Shown here: positions 29,115 through 38,852 of the stretch, in pieces
Layout of the letters: each line of letters opens with the position of its first letter
How positions within the stretch are numbered: position 1 is the first letter of the stretch
Source of the DNA: a virus
Length of the DNA stretch: 64,000 bases
Virus record (IMG/VR): IMGVR_UViG_3300005253_000063
Span: 54,355-118,354 of that record
Strand: one strand, 5' to 3'
The notes under the pieces: generated by a model
Database searches by the model: none
Seen by the model: only the letters and a program-made list of their open reading frames with translations
Told to the model about the DNA's origin: nothing
Program-made: the position numbers and the translations under genes

Positions 29115-29150
29115 TACCTATATAGTGCCCTAGCTATATATCGTCTGCAA
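29115..29150 (-). promoter_or_regulatory. putative sigma70-like promoter with palindromic operator
   Basis: Minus strand TTGCAG-17-CACTAT; inverted repeat TATATAG-8-CTATATA (29119-29140). Confidence 0.45.
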
Positions 29151-29369
29151 TACCCTATTTTCCCTGGCAACTCCGGCGGTTACAACACGCCCATACGCGC
29201 GGGACGCGTGTGAGCGGGCGTACGAGGGGTCTGCTGGGGCCGTGTCGCGGGGTCCCGACGGGGTGCGGAATGCGCGCGAGCGCGCCCAAGTCACAGACAT
29301 GGCAACGAAGGTGGAGATAGTCGAACGGTGGCGTGCAGCCGATGCGAAGCGGCGCCTCGGAGACGTTGC

Positions 29370-29642
29370 GTGAGCGACGAGCCCCTGCGGTCGCGTCTCG
29401 CACTCGGACAGTACGTCGCTTTACATGAGATACACGACTGGCTCGTGAAGGAAGGGTTCGACTTGGCGACAATGGGTGAGCTGTTGAATCGGTTGAGAGA
29501 ACGCGGGATCGTAGAGGCTCATACCTACCCTGGTCTCACTCACTACCCGGACTGGCGCTTGGCCGTGCCTATCGCCTTTGCGATCCACCATGCGACCATC
29601 GTCGACGCGGAGCTACGACTCGAACATTGGAGCGGCGAATGA
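29370..29642 (+). CDS. small wHTH-like protein, DAxxRL motif
   Basis: LLNRLRERGIV; ends VDAELRLEHWSGE. Confidence 0.5.
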   Translation: MSDEPLRSRLALGQYVALHEIHDWLVKEGFDLATMGELLNRLRERGIVEAHTYPGLTHYPDWRLAVPIAFAIHHATIVDAELRLEHWSGE

Positions 29643-29878
29643 TCAAAGGCTTCAGACTCGTCCGGCACTTCGATCCGGACTTCACGCCATGCGGTTGCGT
29701 GACGCATCTGTTCTACACGGTAGACTGCGGCGAGGTCTACGAGAAGCGCTTGACGGTGCGCGTTCACAGCAACGTGTACCTCTGCATCTTCGCGCGCGTC
29801 TGCGCGGCGTGCGGCGCTGCTTGGTCTTCCGAAGCCGAGATGTTCCGATCCGAGGTGGAGCAGAGACTCGTCAACTAG
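29639..29878 (+). CDS. small Cys-rich protein
   Basis: ATGA coupling. Confidence 0.5.
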   Translation: MIKGFRLVRHFDPDFTPCGCVTHLFYTVDCGEVYEKRLTVRVHSNVYLCIFARVCAACGAAWSSEAEMFRSEVEQRLVN

Positions 29879-30407
29879 AGATCGAGGCCCACGTCGGCGA
29901 CGTACTCTTTGACGTAGTTGTGAATCACGGGGTCGTCAGTGCTGAAGAGGACACACTCGGCGAACTCGTGGTAGCTCGCGACCAGTTTCGCGTACGCCTT
30001 CTGCAGTTCGTCATACGACCACTCCGCGCGTCCCTCTAGTCCGCACGTGCACGGTCCCTTGTAACGCGGACTGCCGGCCCGCCAGTATCGTCCCTCGCAT
30101 CCGTCCGCATGGCGGTGCTCCTCCTGCTGTTGCGACTCGCTCATCGCTTCGCCACCCTGATGGCCCACAGACAGAAGGCGCGGAGCCCGTTCGTAACGGA
30201 CATGCAGCCGCCCTTCGTGATCGGTTTGAACTCAGCCCGACCGGGGTTGTATCTGTCGTACTCTAGCTCCTGCTGTTGCGGCTCGCTCATTGCTTCCCGC
30301 GTCGACGCATCTGCCATCGCACGATGCGGCGGAGCCCGCCGTTGACCAGCTTGAGTCCGACCTTCGCAACTGTCTTGAGCATCGAGTCAGCCGGACCTGG
30401 CAAACAA

Positions 30408-31163
30408 TCACGACTCTTCAAGACAGTGCTTCCGGCGCACGGCCTTCCGGTCGGCATCGGTCACGCGGAGCATGACATGATCGGATGGGCCCTTCGAGGC
30501 ATCGGGTCTACACGGGCTCATCTTCCGACCAACGTCGTGGGCCAACCCAATGACATGGCATAGCTCGTGTGACCAGACCCAGAGGTCGACGTCGATCGTC
30601 GAGGGCGCGGGATAGTAGATGCGCCACTCCTGTTTGGTTGGCGCGTAGCAGGTGCACGCGGCGTGGCGTCTTGGGTTACACTGCCACGCGCAATTCGTTC
30701 CTGCTGGCGGTGCATCGAAGTCGACGAGCACGTCCGCGTCCTCTTCGCTGCTGAGCACGAACAGTTCGCACCCGACCTGGTCGACCCACAGATCGACCGC
30801 GGCTTTTAGCGAACGTCCGCCGACGCCGTCCACGCCAGCGACGCGAAGCGGTACGTGCGGCCAGTCGAGTGGGTCCGGCTCGAAGGTCGGTTCGACACGG
30901 CGCTCGCAAGCGAAGAGAGTGAGCAGAACGAACGCGAAGATCCCATAGCCACCGAGCGGACGCATCAGCGATTCCCAGTTCACCTTTGTGCGGTATGGGG
31001 CGAGGCGCCGCTCCAGCATTGCGCGGAACTTGGGACACTCCGCGATCTCCTTGGCGATCTCGTTGATGTTATCGGGGACCTCCAGGTTCGCGAACGCTCC
31101 CGGGCCAGGAGCTGCCGGGGTCGTCCACAGCGGTGAATCTGCGCGAGTCTTCTCGATGGTCAT
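30408..31163 (-). CDS. matrixin-like (M10) zinc metalloprotease, membrane/lipoprotein anchored
   Basis: HELCHVIGLAH + Met-turn (KMSP); hydrophobic FAFVLLTLFAC. Confidence 0.75.
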   Translation of the reverse strand: MTIEKTRADSPLWTTPAAPGPGAFANLEVPDNINEIAKEIAECPKFRAMLERRLAPYRTKVNWESLMRPLGGYGIFAFVLLTLFACERRVEPTFEPDPLDWPHVPLRVAGVDGVGGRSLKAAVDLWVDQVGCELFVLSSEEDADVLVDFDAPPAGTNCAWQCNPRRHAACTCYAPTKQEWRIYYPAPSTIDVDLWVWSHELCHVIGLAHDVGRKMSPCRPDASKGPSDHVMLRVTDADRKAVRRKHCLEES

Positions 31164-31193
31164 TATTGTCGCCTCCTCCCCGGAGCCTACCAC

Positions 31194-31781
31194 CTACGAC
31201 ACCGAGCGCGCGAAGTTGTTGGCCGCTTGTCGCGCCTCGTCCATGGTCTTGATGGTCTTACGCCCGTGTTCGAGGAACGGTGTCTTGTCCGTTGCGCCGG
31301 GGAACGTTTCCTCGAAGAGCTTGTTGCCGATGGCGAAGCCGACGATCGCACGGTGGCTCCAGCCGTACCACTTCTCTTCTTCGAGACAGTAGCCAACCGA
31401 GCAGACGTTGTGACTCGGGGACGCCTTCTCCGGGGCGATGCCTTTTCGTTTGCAGAGGAAGGCCGCGTCACGCGGGTTGCCGATGTAGTCGCCGCTCGGC
31501 GTGTACGCTGAGCGCATGTCGAGCGGGATGCCACAGGTGACAATGATCTCCGTGCGGATCTCGTAGCCCCACTTCTTCCACCGGTGAACATGGACCGTCT
31601 CCCGTTCCGCGACGAGCCACTGCGCACCGCAGCGTGCGCATTGGAGCCCGACCTGGAAACCGTTACCCTTCGCAAGCGGTACGATAATCGTGCACGCCTT
31701 AAACCGTTCCGGGCACGCGGGGCACCGCAACGCTTCATGGACCTCGTGGCGTTTCCTACGCCTCTTCCTTGGTCGTGTCAT
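31194..31781 (-). CDS. conserved phage hypothetical protein with N-terminal Zn ribbon
   Basis: CPAC..CARC; CSVGY...KWYGWSHRAI.GF.IG motif. Confidence 0.6.
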   Translation of the reverse strand: MTRPRKRRRKRHEVHEALRCPACPERFKACTIIVPLAKGNGFQVGLQCARCGAQWLVAERETVHVHRWKKWGYEIRTEIIVTCGIPLDMRSAYTPSGDYIGNPRDAAFLCKRKGIAPEKASPSHNVCSVGYCLEEEKWYGWSHRAIVGFAIGNKLFEETFPGATDKTPFLEHGRKTIKTMDEARQAANNFARSVS

Positions 31782-32549
31782 GTAAACCTCCTCTGCGTGG
31801 TGGCGACATTCTGGAGTACGCCTCCGCCGCTTCTTCACACGTGGTAGAGCAGAACCTGTACCGCTTGAGACGCGCGCGCACCTCGACGGGAAGCAACTTG
31901 GGTAGCGACTCGCGGACCAAGGTGAAGTGCGTCCGCGAGACCCCGATCGAATCTTCGCCCAGCTGCGCGTCGCAGTAGTCGCACCGTTGATTCTCCTGAG
32001 TCAATTCGGCTGTACGAGCGTGGGCGCGTTGTCCCTCCACACACCGTCACCGCGGATCGTCGCGCAGCCCATCGGCTTGTCCTCATAGAGATCGAAACAG
32101 TCACCGCAGACGCAGACCCACTCGGAGGCATCCGCGGTCCCGTCCTTACGACGGAACTTGACGGGTGATTCGTTACGGAATGCGTGCCAGCACTCGGCGT
32201 CAAGGTGTCCGCAGTGCAGGACTATCGTTCCGTCGATCGGGTGGTGCGTTGTAGACATCAGGTTCGCGCATGGAAGTAGTCAGCAAGGTGCGCGCGCGAT
32301 CGATTGACTTGACTGAGCAGTACGACAGACTCTCCGCGCGCACGAGTGCCGAGTCGGTCGCGCACTTGTTCTCCAGGGTCGCCTGGTCGAGGGCGCGGTC
32401 GAGTTCGTTCATGGCCTCGGTGAGTTCGAGCTTCACCGAGAGGATTGCGGTTCGTAGATCGGTGCTCATGGTCATCGCGCTCGTGCCTGTACCACACACG
32501 GGCTTCCTTCCTCTACCTTTGACTTGTGCGAGGTGTGCATTTTTCGTAG

Positions 32550-33116
32550 CTACATCTCATCGCCCCACGCAGTCCAGAGCGAAGAGAACTTGCGGCGCGC
32601 GAACAACTCCAAGTAGGGACCGCTGACCAGCTTCTCGATCAGCCCGAAGCACTCGCATGGCTTTCGACTGTGCTCGTTTCCTCGTGGCGCGTGGATGACG
32701 CCCGGGATGTCGCGCCGCAGCACCTTCGCCTTCCCGCGGCGACAGAGCACGAGTTGCTCGGTACAGACGCGCGTGTAGTGTCCGCCACCGATGCGCGGCT
32801 TCTTGCGGTCATTCGTTACCTTGACCCACGGGATGAGCTGCTTCGGTTCGAAACCCCATGCGCGAGCAACGCGGGTTGCGGTACCGTCGAGGACGAGCGC
32901 GTTCGGGGACCAGAGAAACAGAAACGAGTCGGCAAGGGCAACGTGCTTCACCGCCCAGCCCATCGCGCAGAGGTCTGCGACCGTCAACACTTGGTACTTC
33001 GACTGGTCTGCCAACTCTTGCCCCTCGTAGTCGGGCGAGAAGCGAGAGCCGCGGTCACGGAACGGCCATGGCGGATCCGCGAGAACCGCGCCAAACTCTT
33101 CAGGGGATGCGAGCAT
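32550..33116 (-). CDS. MT-A70 family N6-adenine methyltransferase
   Basis: ADPPW, LFLW, AWGF, W.K, HSRKP, LELFAR, W..WGDE. Confidence 0.92.
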   Translation of the reverse strand: MLASPEEFGAVLADPPWPFRDRGSRFSPDYEGQELADQSKYQVLTVADLCAMGWAVKHVALADSFLFLWSPNALVLDGTATRVARAWGFEPKQLIPWVKVTNDRKKPRIGGGHYTRVCTEQLVLCRRGKAKVLRRDIPGVIHAPRGNEHSRKPCECFGLIEKLVSGPYLELFARRKFSSLWTAWGDEM

Positions 33117-33819
33117 ACTTGTGGACTTGTAGGCTCAAGCGCCATTCGGGATGGTTCGCAACAAAGTTGAGACACCGATTGAGGTTTCGTTCGTAGAGAT
33201 CGCGACCGCCGGTCCGCACCTTTGAGGCGAGGTAACTCGCGTTGACCTCGTCCGTGTAGATCGGGTCCTGCGGCTGGATGTAGAGCGCGCCCCACTCGCC
33301 GCTCTCCTGGAGGTCGACGAGCCGACCGTCCGTCCAACCCTTCTCGAAGTCCACGTGCCCCGGCAGCACAACCTTCAGCTCGTCCGCACGCATCCGCTCG
33401 ATCGTCGAGCCGAGCTTCGGCGAAACGCAGACGTGGTCCATGAGGTCGAGAGCGCGGTTGTCCAGCGTACCATTCGTTTCGATCGCGACGTTCCAACCGT
33501 GCCTCTGCAGCTCGTCAACGAGCGCGTGGTCGACCTGGAGCAGCGGCTCGCCGCCCGAGAGCACGCACCACTTTGCAGACGGCAGACGCTCCCCCCAGAG
33601 CCGATCGAGTTCGAGGCGAACGTCCTCGGCGGAGACCTCCTTGCCCTTGACGAAGTCGGTGTCACACCAGAGCGCGCAAGCGCCCTTCCCCTTCTCGCGG
33701 TCCTCGGGTCGTCCGTTCCACAGGTTGCAGCCTGCGAAGCGAACGAAGACCGACAGGGAACCGGCGCGCGATCCCTCGCCCTGCAACGTTGAGAAAATCT
33801 CGCGCACCCTGTAGCTCAC
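33100..33819 (-). CDS. queE: 7-carboxy-7-deazaguanine synthase (radical SAM, Cx14Cx2C type)
   Basis: EIFSTLQGEG, FVRFAGCNLW...C..WCDTDF, SGGEP, IETNG, SPK, LSLQVHK. Confidence 0.95.
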   Translation of the reverse strand: MSYRVREIFSTLQGEGSRAGSLSVFVRFAGCNLWNGRPEDREKGKGACALWCDTDFVKGKEVSAEDVRLELDRLWGERLPSAKWCVLSGGEPLLQVDHALVDELQRHGWNVAIETNGTLDNRALDLMDHVCVSPKLGSTIERMRADELKVVLPGHVDFEKGWTDGRLVDLQESGEWGALYIQPQDPIYTDEVNASYLASKVRTGGRDLYERNLNRCLNFVANHPEWRLSLQVHKYARIP

Positions 33820-34232
33820 GACGTCACCTCCGCCCAACAGTTCGGTGTCTCCCAGACGCGAACCTTCACGAGATCGATGCCGACCTGGCGCATGAGGTCG
33901 AGCGCCTGCTTGAAGAAGTAGGCCGCGATGTTCTCCGCGGTCGGAGCCCAGGGCAGAACGTAGTGCTTCAGCTCATGCGTCTGAAGGAACTCTCGAAGTG
34001 GATCGTCGGCGGTGAGGATGAAGCCGTGGTCCCAATGCTCATCGAGCCAGCCACCGAGGATACGCTTGACCTCGCCGAAGTCGATGATCCGGCCGACCTC
34101 GTCGAGCTGCTCTGCGGAGACGGTCACGTCGAACACGAAGCGGTGGCCGTGCACGTGTCGACACTTGCCCGTGTGTTTGAGCAGGCGATGCCCCGCATCG
34201 ATCTCAAGCCGGCGTGTGATCTGTATCGCCAT
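33816..34232 (-). CDS. queD: 6-carboxytetrahydropterin synthase
   Basis: DAGHRL, C..VHGH, IDFG, DH, PTAENIA, VWET. Confidence 0.95.
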   Translation of the reverse strand: MAIQITRRLEIDAGHRLLKHTGKCRHVHGHRFVFDVTVSAEQLDEVGRIIDFGEVKRILGGWLDEHWDHGFILTADDPLREFLQTHELKHYVLPWAPTAENIAAYFFKQALDLMRQVGIDLVKVRVWETPNCWAEVTS

Positions 34233-34911
34233 CGTCGGTCTCCTCTGCCTGCCGCGCCTCCACGGTCTCCGCTGCAACGCGCAGCGCTTTGAGCAACGCA
34301 GCCGACCGCTTCTTGAACTCGTCGGCGCCGAACCGCAACAGGATGGCTTCGACCTCGTCGGCCGCTTCCTCGGGCAGGCGGTAGGTCAGGACGCGTTCGC
34401 CCGATGATATCTTCTCGAAGGGCTCGACTTCCCCGAGGTCCGGCTGGATGGAGAGGTCGAGTAGATCATTGATCTCCGCGAAGTCGAAACCCGCGACCGA
34501 CACTTCGAGGTCTTCGTCCGCGATGTTCAGGTCAACACCGTCGAGGATCTCTTGGACGACGATGGGTAACTTTTCGTAGTCCCAAGAACCCTGCACCTTA
34601 TTGAGAGTCAGGTTCAGGATCTTCACTTCGCGATCGTCGAGGCCGTCGACGTAGACCACAGGGACGCCGCCGGGCAACACGTTCTCTCCGTGCTCCGCGA
34701 CCAGTGCGTCGTACGCTGCGAGGCGCTGGTGGCCACCAATGACGAGGCCGTCCTCCTTGCGGACGACGACCGGCTGGACAAACCCGTAGGTCACGAGCGA
34801 CTCGCACAGCTCCGACAACATCTTCTTGCTGATGGTGCGCGGGTTGTAGTCCGCGAGGTGCAGGTCCGCGCGGGAGACCGAGTCGGTATCGAACGTTCTG
34901 ATCTGCGTCAT
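34204..34911 (-). CDS. ParB/Srx N-terminal domain protein
   Basis: YNPR, GFVQPVV, IGGHQR, LNKVQGSWD. Confidence 0.85.
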   Translation of the reverse strand: MTQIRTFDTDSVSRADLHLADYNPRTISKKMLSELCESLVTYGFVQPVVVRKEDGLVIGGHQRLAAYDALVAEHGENVLPGGVPVVYVDGLDDREVKILNLTLNKVQGSWDYEKLPIVVQEILDGVDLNIADEDLEVSVAGFDFAEINDLLDLSIQPDLGEVEPFEKISSGERVLTYRLPEEAADEVEAILLRFGADEFKKRSAALLKALRVAAETVEARQAEETDDGDTDHTPA

Positions 34912-35756
34912 GCGATAGCCTTCGCCTTCTGTTCGCGCTTCGTCAACCACTCTTCAAGTAGCAGCCAACTCTTGATCGACAGCGCTGCGATCTGGACACG
35001 GGTCGCCTTGCGGTACAAGAGCTGCTTGGGCTGCACGCCGTAGACCTCTTGCAGCAGCTCACGGTTTTCAATGAGAGGTTGCAGCTCCGTCATCTTGAAC
35101 GAGACGGTCGTGCCGCGACGCGGGTCGAAGAGGGGGATGTTCCCGAAGCGCAATGGCCGTGCCCATGACGACGAGTCGACGGAGTACCACGGGTACGCCT
35201 TGAGCAGGGGGAAGTCGGTGATGCCGAAGCCGTGGATTTTGGTCCCGTGCTCCTGGGCAATCTTGAAGACGCGATCGAAGTGCCACTGTTTCGAGCGACG
35301 CTTCCTGCTAGCACCCTCGCCCAGCACCGAGCCCGTACCACCACAACAGACGAGGTCGAATCGCTCGCACAGACCTTCGAGCACCGACTCGTCCTCGCCC
35401 ATATGGTAGACCGGCAGAGGTGCGAGCCCTTCCGACTCAAGGTACCGCTGGTTCTGATCCGTCAACTTGCTGCTCTGGATGTTGTCGAGGTTCGCGTAGA
35501 TCGCGACCTTGCTACGCCACCGCTTCAAGAAGTTGATGTAATCGCCGATCGCGATGCTCGTACCCGATGTCCACGCGGAGTACGCACCCGAGTCGACGAA
35601 GATGTCGCACCCGTGCCTCGCGTAATACTCGACACCCGCGTAGTTCGGTGACTTGGACTTGTGGAACGACCGGTAGAAGTAGAAGTAGCTGATCAGGATG
35701 CGCGGCGGGCAGGGAATGGGCTTCACGTACGGGCTCATCACCAGATAGATTTTCAC
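34908..35756 (-). CDS. dpdA: DNA 7-deazaguanine transglycosylase (TGT-like, DpdA)
   Basis: FVDSGAYSAW, NLD, PVYH, GG, KIHGFG, SVDSSSW; within the que operon. Confidence 0.8.
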   Translation of the reverse strand: MKIYLVMSPYVKPIPCPPRILISYFYFYRSFHKSKSPNYAGVEYYARHGCDIFVDSGAYSAWTSGTSIAIGDYINFLKRWRSKVAIYANLDNIQSSKLTDQNQRYLESEGLAPLPVYHMGEDESVLEGLCERFDLVCCGGTGSVLGEGASRKRRSKQWHFDRVFKIAQEHGTKIHGFGITDFPLLKAYPWYSVDSSSWARPLRFGNIPLFDPRRGTTVSFKMTELQPLIENRELLQEVYGVQPKQLLYRKATRVQIAALSIKSWLLLEEWLTKREQKAKAIA

Positions 35757-36406
35757 CACCAACCCTCGAATCGCGTGAGCTGACCCATGCCTTCCAACGT
35801 CTTGCGCATGTCGAGGCAGTGAAAGCACTTCTGACACGGGCGCTCGCCCGCCTCGTAACAGTTCCAGAGCTTGATGAGCGCGATGCCCTCGTCGATCAAC
35901 GCTTCGAGGACCTGGGCTTTCGTCAGCGGTTGGCCGTCGAGAATGAGCGACTGCTCGTACCTGATCTCGTGCCCCGCCTCAGCCGCGAGAGAAACGAGCG
36001 CACCCATCCCTTCGTAGAACTCCGTGGTACAATCGTACCAGCAGTAGGGATCGTCGGGCCGGTACTCCGTGGTCTTGCTACCGACCACAACCACGTTCGC
36101 TCCGTGGGCCTGGGCGAAGTTTGCCGAGAGGGTACCGAGCACGAGGTTGCGAACGGGGATGTATGGGCTGTCGCTCTGGTCAGGGAGCGCCTGACTGAGC
36201 GTGCATTTCAAGCGGGTCAGTCCGCGCCACGACGGGTAGCGCGTGAACCACTCCGCGAGGTACTCCGCACTCGCACGCTCCTGCTCGGCGTAGACCTGTC
36301 CGTAGTTCGTGAAGACGCCGAACACGGAATCGTACTTCCGAAGGGCGAGCAGCGTGGACAACGCGCTGTCGTACCCACCCGACAATTCGCAGACGGCCGT
36401 TGTCAT
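35753..36406 (-). CDS. queC: 7-cyano-7-deazaguanine synthase
   Basis: SGGYDS, YGQ, PVRN, YDC, TK, CY...C..C..C. Confidence 0.92.
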   Translation of the reverse strand: MTTAVCELSGGYDSALSTLLALRKYDSVFGVFTNYGQVYAEQERASAEYLAEWFTRYPSWRGLTRLKCTLSQALPDQSDSPYIPVRNLVLGTLSANFAQAHGANVVVVGSKTTEYRPDDPYCWYDCTTEFYEGMGALVSLAAEAGHEIRYEQSLILDGQPLTKAQVLEALIDEGIALIKLWNCYEAGERPCQKCFHCLDMRKTLEGMGQLTRFEGWW

Positions 36407-37272
36407 CGTTGCAGCTCCCTCCGCAGCTCGTCGTAGTCATCGTCCTCTCCCGACCAGAGGAAGACCTGCCAACAGTTCTTGCCGGGGTACAATCCGAACC
36501 TCTGCACAACTTCGGCGCGCACGACATCCGCAATCGTGAACACGGGTCCTTTCCCTATGTTGTGCTCCGGCGGAACGACCTCAGCGAGCAGCGACCTGCG
36601 ACGGTCGATCTGTGCCACAAGTACGTCGCGATCGAACTCGCTCAGCGTGGTCAGCAGGTCGTACAAGAGGGGGATTGCCGGAGTGTGTGGCGGCTGACCG
36701 AGAGCCTGGTACGCACGATAGCGTGCGAGGTTGAGATAGGAGTACGCCTCGGACTCCTTGAGCAAGTGCTGCCACGCGCGCTCGGCAACGACTACGATGC
36801 CGATGACCGGGAGGGCACCAAGCTGCTTGCTGCTCACGGTCGTCCAGATATCCCACGACGGATCGGGTAGGTAGTACGGGAACGCGGAGACCATGTCCAC
36901 GAAGGTGAACTGTGCACTCGGCGGCCCCGACATCTTCAGCGACGCGCTGGTCTCGTAGCCGACCCAAGCGTGGCGACCTGCGACCCGGTCGTCGAGGTTG
37001 TCGTGGGCGCGCAGGTACCGCTGAAGCCGAGAGCCGAACTCGTACTGCACGCCACTCACGTACAGCGGCACGGTGAGGCTTGCCGCGACCGCCTCGTTCG
37101 CAAGCGACCCACTCCCGGTCAGGAACAGTACCGAAGAGGATGGACGTACATTGAACTTCTCGCGGAACGTCTCTTCAAGCGAGTACAGCAACCCCGCGTA
37201 CTCCGGCGACCGGTGGTGGAACGATTGAGCGGACCCCGAGTGAGACCGCGCGTTTGGTCCAAGGTTCGTCAT
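36403..37272 (-). CDS. PLP-dependent class V aminotransferase-like protein
   Basis: GP N-terminus, [31 protein letters not shown] (PLP lysine), P.TP. Confidence 0.85.
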   Translation of the reverse strand: MTNLGPNARSHSGSAQSFHHRSPEYAGLLYSLEETFREKFNVRPSSSVLFLTGSGSLANEAVAASLTVPLYVSGVQYEFGSRLQRYLRAHDNLDDRVAGRHAWVGYETSASLKMSGPPSAQFTFVDMVSAFPYYLPDPSWDIWTTVSSKQLGALPVIGIVVVAERAWQHLLKESEAYSYLNLARYRAYQALGQPPHTPAIPLLYDLLTTLSEFDRDVLVAQIDRRRSLLAEVVPPEHNIGKGPVFTIADVVRAEVVQRFGLYPGKNCWQVFLWSGEDDDYDELRRELQR

Positions 37273-38810
37273 AGGCTCGCGAGTCGCAGGAACTCCTGCC
37301 GCACCATGGGGTCGTCCTTGAAGACGCCGCCCAAAGCAGTTGTCGTCATTGTCGAACGATGCTTCCCGACGCCGCGCGCTGCCATACAGAGATGCTGCGC
37401 GGAGACGGTGACGCCCCACCCCTTCGGTTCGAGGTGGACGTGCAGCGCATCGGCAATCTGTTTGGTCATTCGCTCCTGGATCTGGAGCCGACGTGCGTAG
37501 CATTCAACGAGTCGAGCGAGCTTCGAGATACCGACGACACGCTCGCCGGGCAAGTAGACCACCGTCGCGGTCCCGTGGAACGGCAGCAGGTGGTGTTCAC
37601 AGTTGTGCGCCAAGTGACCTGCGATGAGGAATGTTGGGTGGGGCTCGCAAACAAAACTATAAACGGTGTACGGTTTTTGTGGCTCGGGCAGACACCGTAC
37701 TGCCCGAACATCTACCCAACGACTCTCGACCAAGTCCGTGCGGTGACACTCCTGCTCAAAGCCGTGTCGGCCGTACCACCCGCGTTGCCACCATCGATCG
37801 CTAATGTACAGTTGGGAAGCGCCCTTTTGTGCGGTGAATCTTGCTTCGATTACCTTCGCAAATTCTGCAAGGAAGTCAGCATTGCCGCTAACGACGAGCG
37901 AGCCAGGCTGATCCTTCCGTGGGAAACCATCTCCGTCGATGTAGCCGTCGATGAAACCTTGCATCGTGCCGAACGATGACAACACGACGCGGGGAAAGTT
38001 TTGACGCATATGATGGGCATCACCGCCGAGCCACAACCTGAATAGGTCAGCAAGGTAGCTCGACACAACCCTCACCCGGAAGCCTGGAGTATCACGACCA
38101 GTGAAACCCGAGGGTCGAGACACTGCTTCGACTTCGGCCTCAATGCCAAACGCCTGCTCCAAGGTTGTTGCGTACTTCGATGCAAAGTTCTCGTCGTTCA
38201 CTACAAGCGAAAGACTACGTTCCCCGACAGAGCCATCCGAACACGTTGCTCCAATCGTGTACCCCAAAGCGTAACCGACCTCGGGTGGATAGCGACGCCT
38301 GCAAAGGCTTCGGGGTGGCGTCCACTCAATCTTTCGTCCTGCTAGATCCTTAGCCTCGCACCACCCATCAGGAGTCGCGAGCGGGTGGTCTGGCGTGACA
38401 CGAAAACTACTAGCTTCAGTTTCGACCTCGACAATCTCGCGTGTCTTGCGCGATGTAACTGATGCGACCTTCGTTTCAACGCACCTGCCTTCCCGAAGGG
38501 TCCAAAACCTATCACCAACTTCAACCTGTGAGGCGCGCTTGGCGCCACCTACGACATTGATTAGTTGCCGTGATGGAACACACAGTGAGTAGAAGTCGAT
38601 CTCCTGCAACGCGATCATCTCGTCGTAACCCTCGGAGGAGAAGTCGCGTCCGAGAATCTTCTTCGGGTCCTGCTTGTACCCGGCGAGCAGCTCTTCATAA
38701 GCCCGAGCGACGCGCTCGGGCGTTCTTTGCAGGCCCTCGCGTTTCGGGTCTTCGCCGACTGCTACGAGCAGCCGGTGGACCGACGCGGCGGCTGCTTCCC
38801 GGTCGACCAT
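37269..38810 (-). CDS. folE: GTP cyclohydrolase I containing an intein
   Basis: [14 protein letters not shown]|intein|[26 protein letters not shown]. Confidence 0.95.
   Translation of the reverse strand: MVDREAAAASVHRLLVAVGEDPKREGLQRTPERVARAYEELLAGYKQDPKKILGRDFSSEGYDEMIALQEIDFYSLCVPSRQLINVVGGAKRASQVEVGDRFWTLREGRCVETKVASVTSRKTREIVEVETEASSFRVTPDHPLATPDGWCEAKDLAGRKIEWTPPRSLCRRRYPPEVGYALGYTIGATCSDGSVGERSLSLVVNDENFASKYATTLEQAFGIEAEVEAVSRPSGFTGRDTPGFRVRVVSSYLADLFRLWLGGDAHHMRQNFPRVVLSSFGTMQGFIDGYIDGDGFPRKDQPGSLVVSGNADFLAEFAKVIEARFTAQKGASQLYISDRWWQRGWYGRHGFEQECHRTDLVESRWVDVRAVRCLPEPQKPYTVYSFVCEPHPTFLIAGHLAHNCEHHLLPFHGTATVVYLPGERVVGISKLARLVECYARRLQIQERMTKQIADALHVHLEPKGWGVTVSAQHLCMAARGVGKHRSTMTTTALGGVFKDDPMVRQEFLRLASL
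37602..38582 (-). mobile_element. intein in FolE with LAGLIDADG endonuclease
   Basis: C1 (CVPS), TPDHP block [12 protein letters not shown], ends AHN before C+1. Confidence 0.9.
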
Positions 38811-38852
38811 GCGAGTGACACTAGCACAGGTAGCAGACATAAGGAATCTAAC

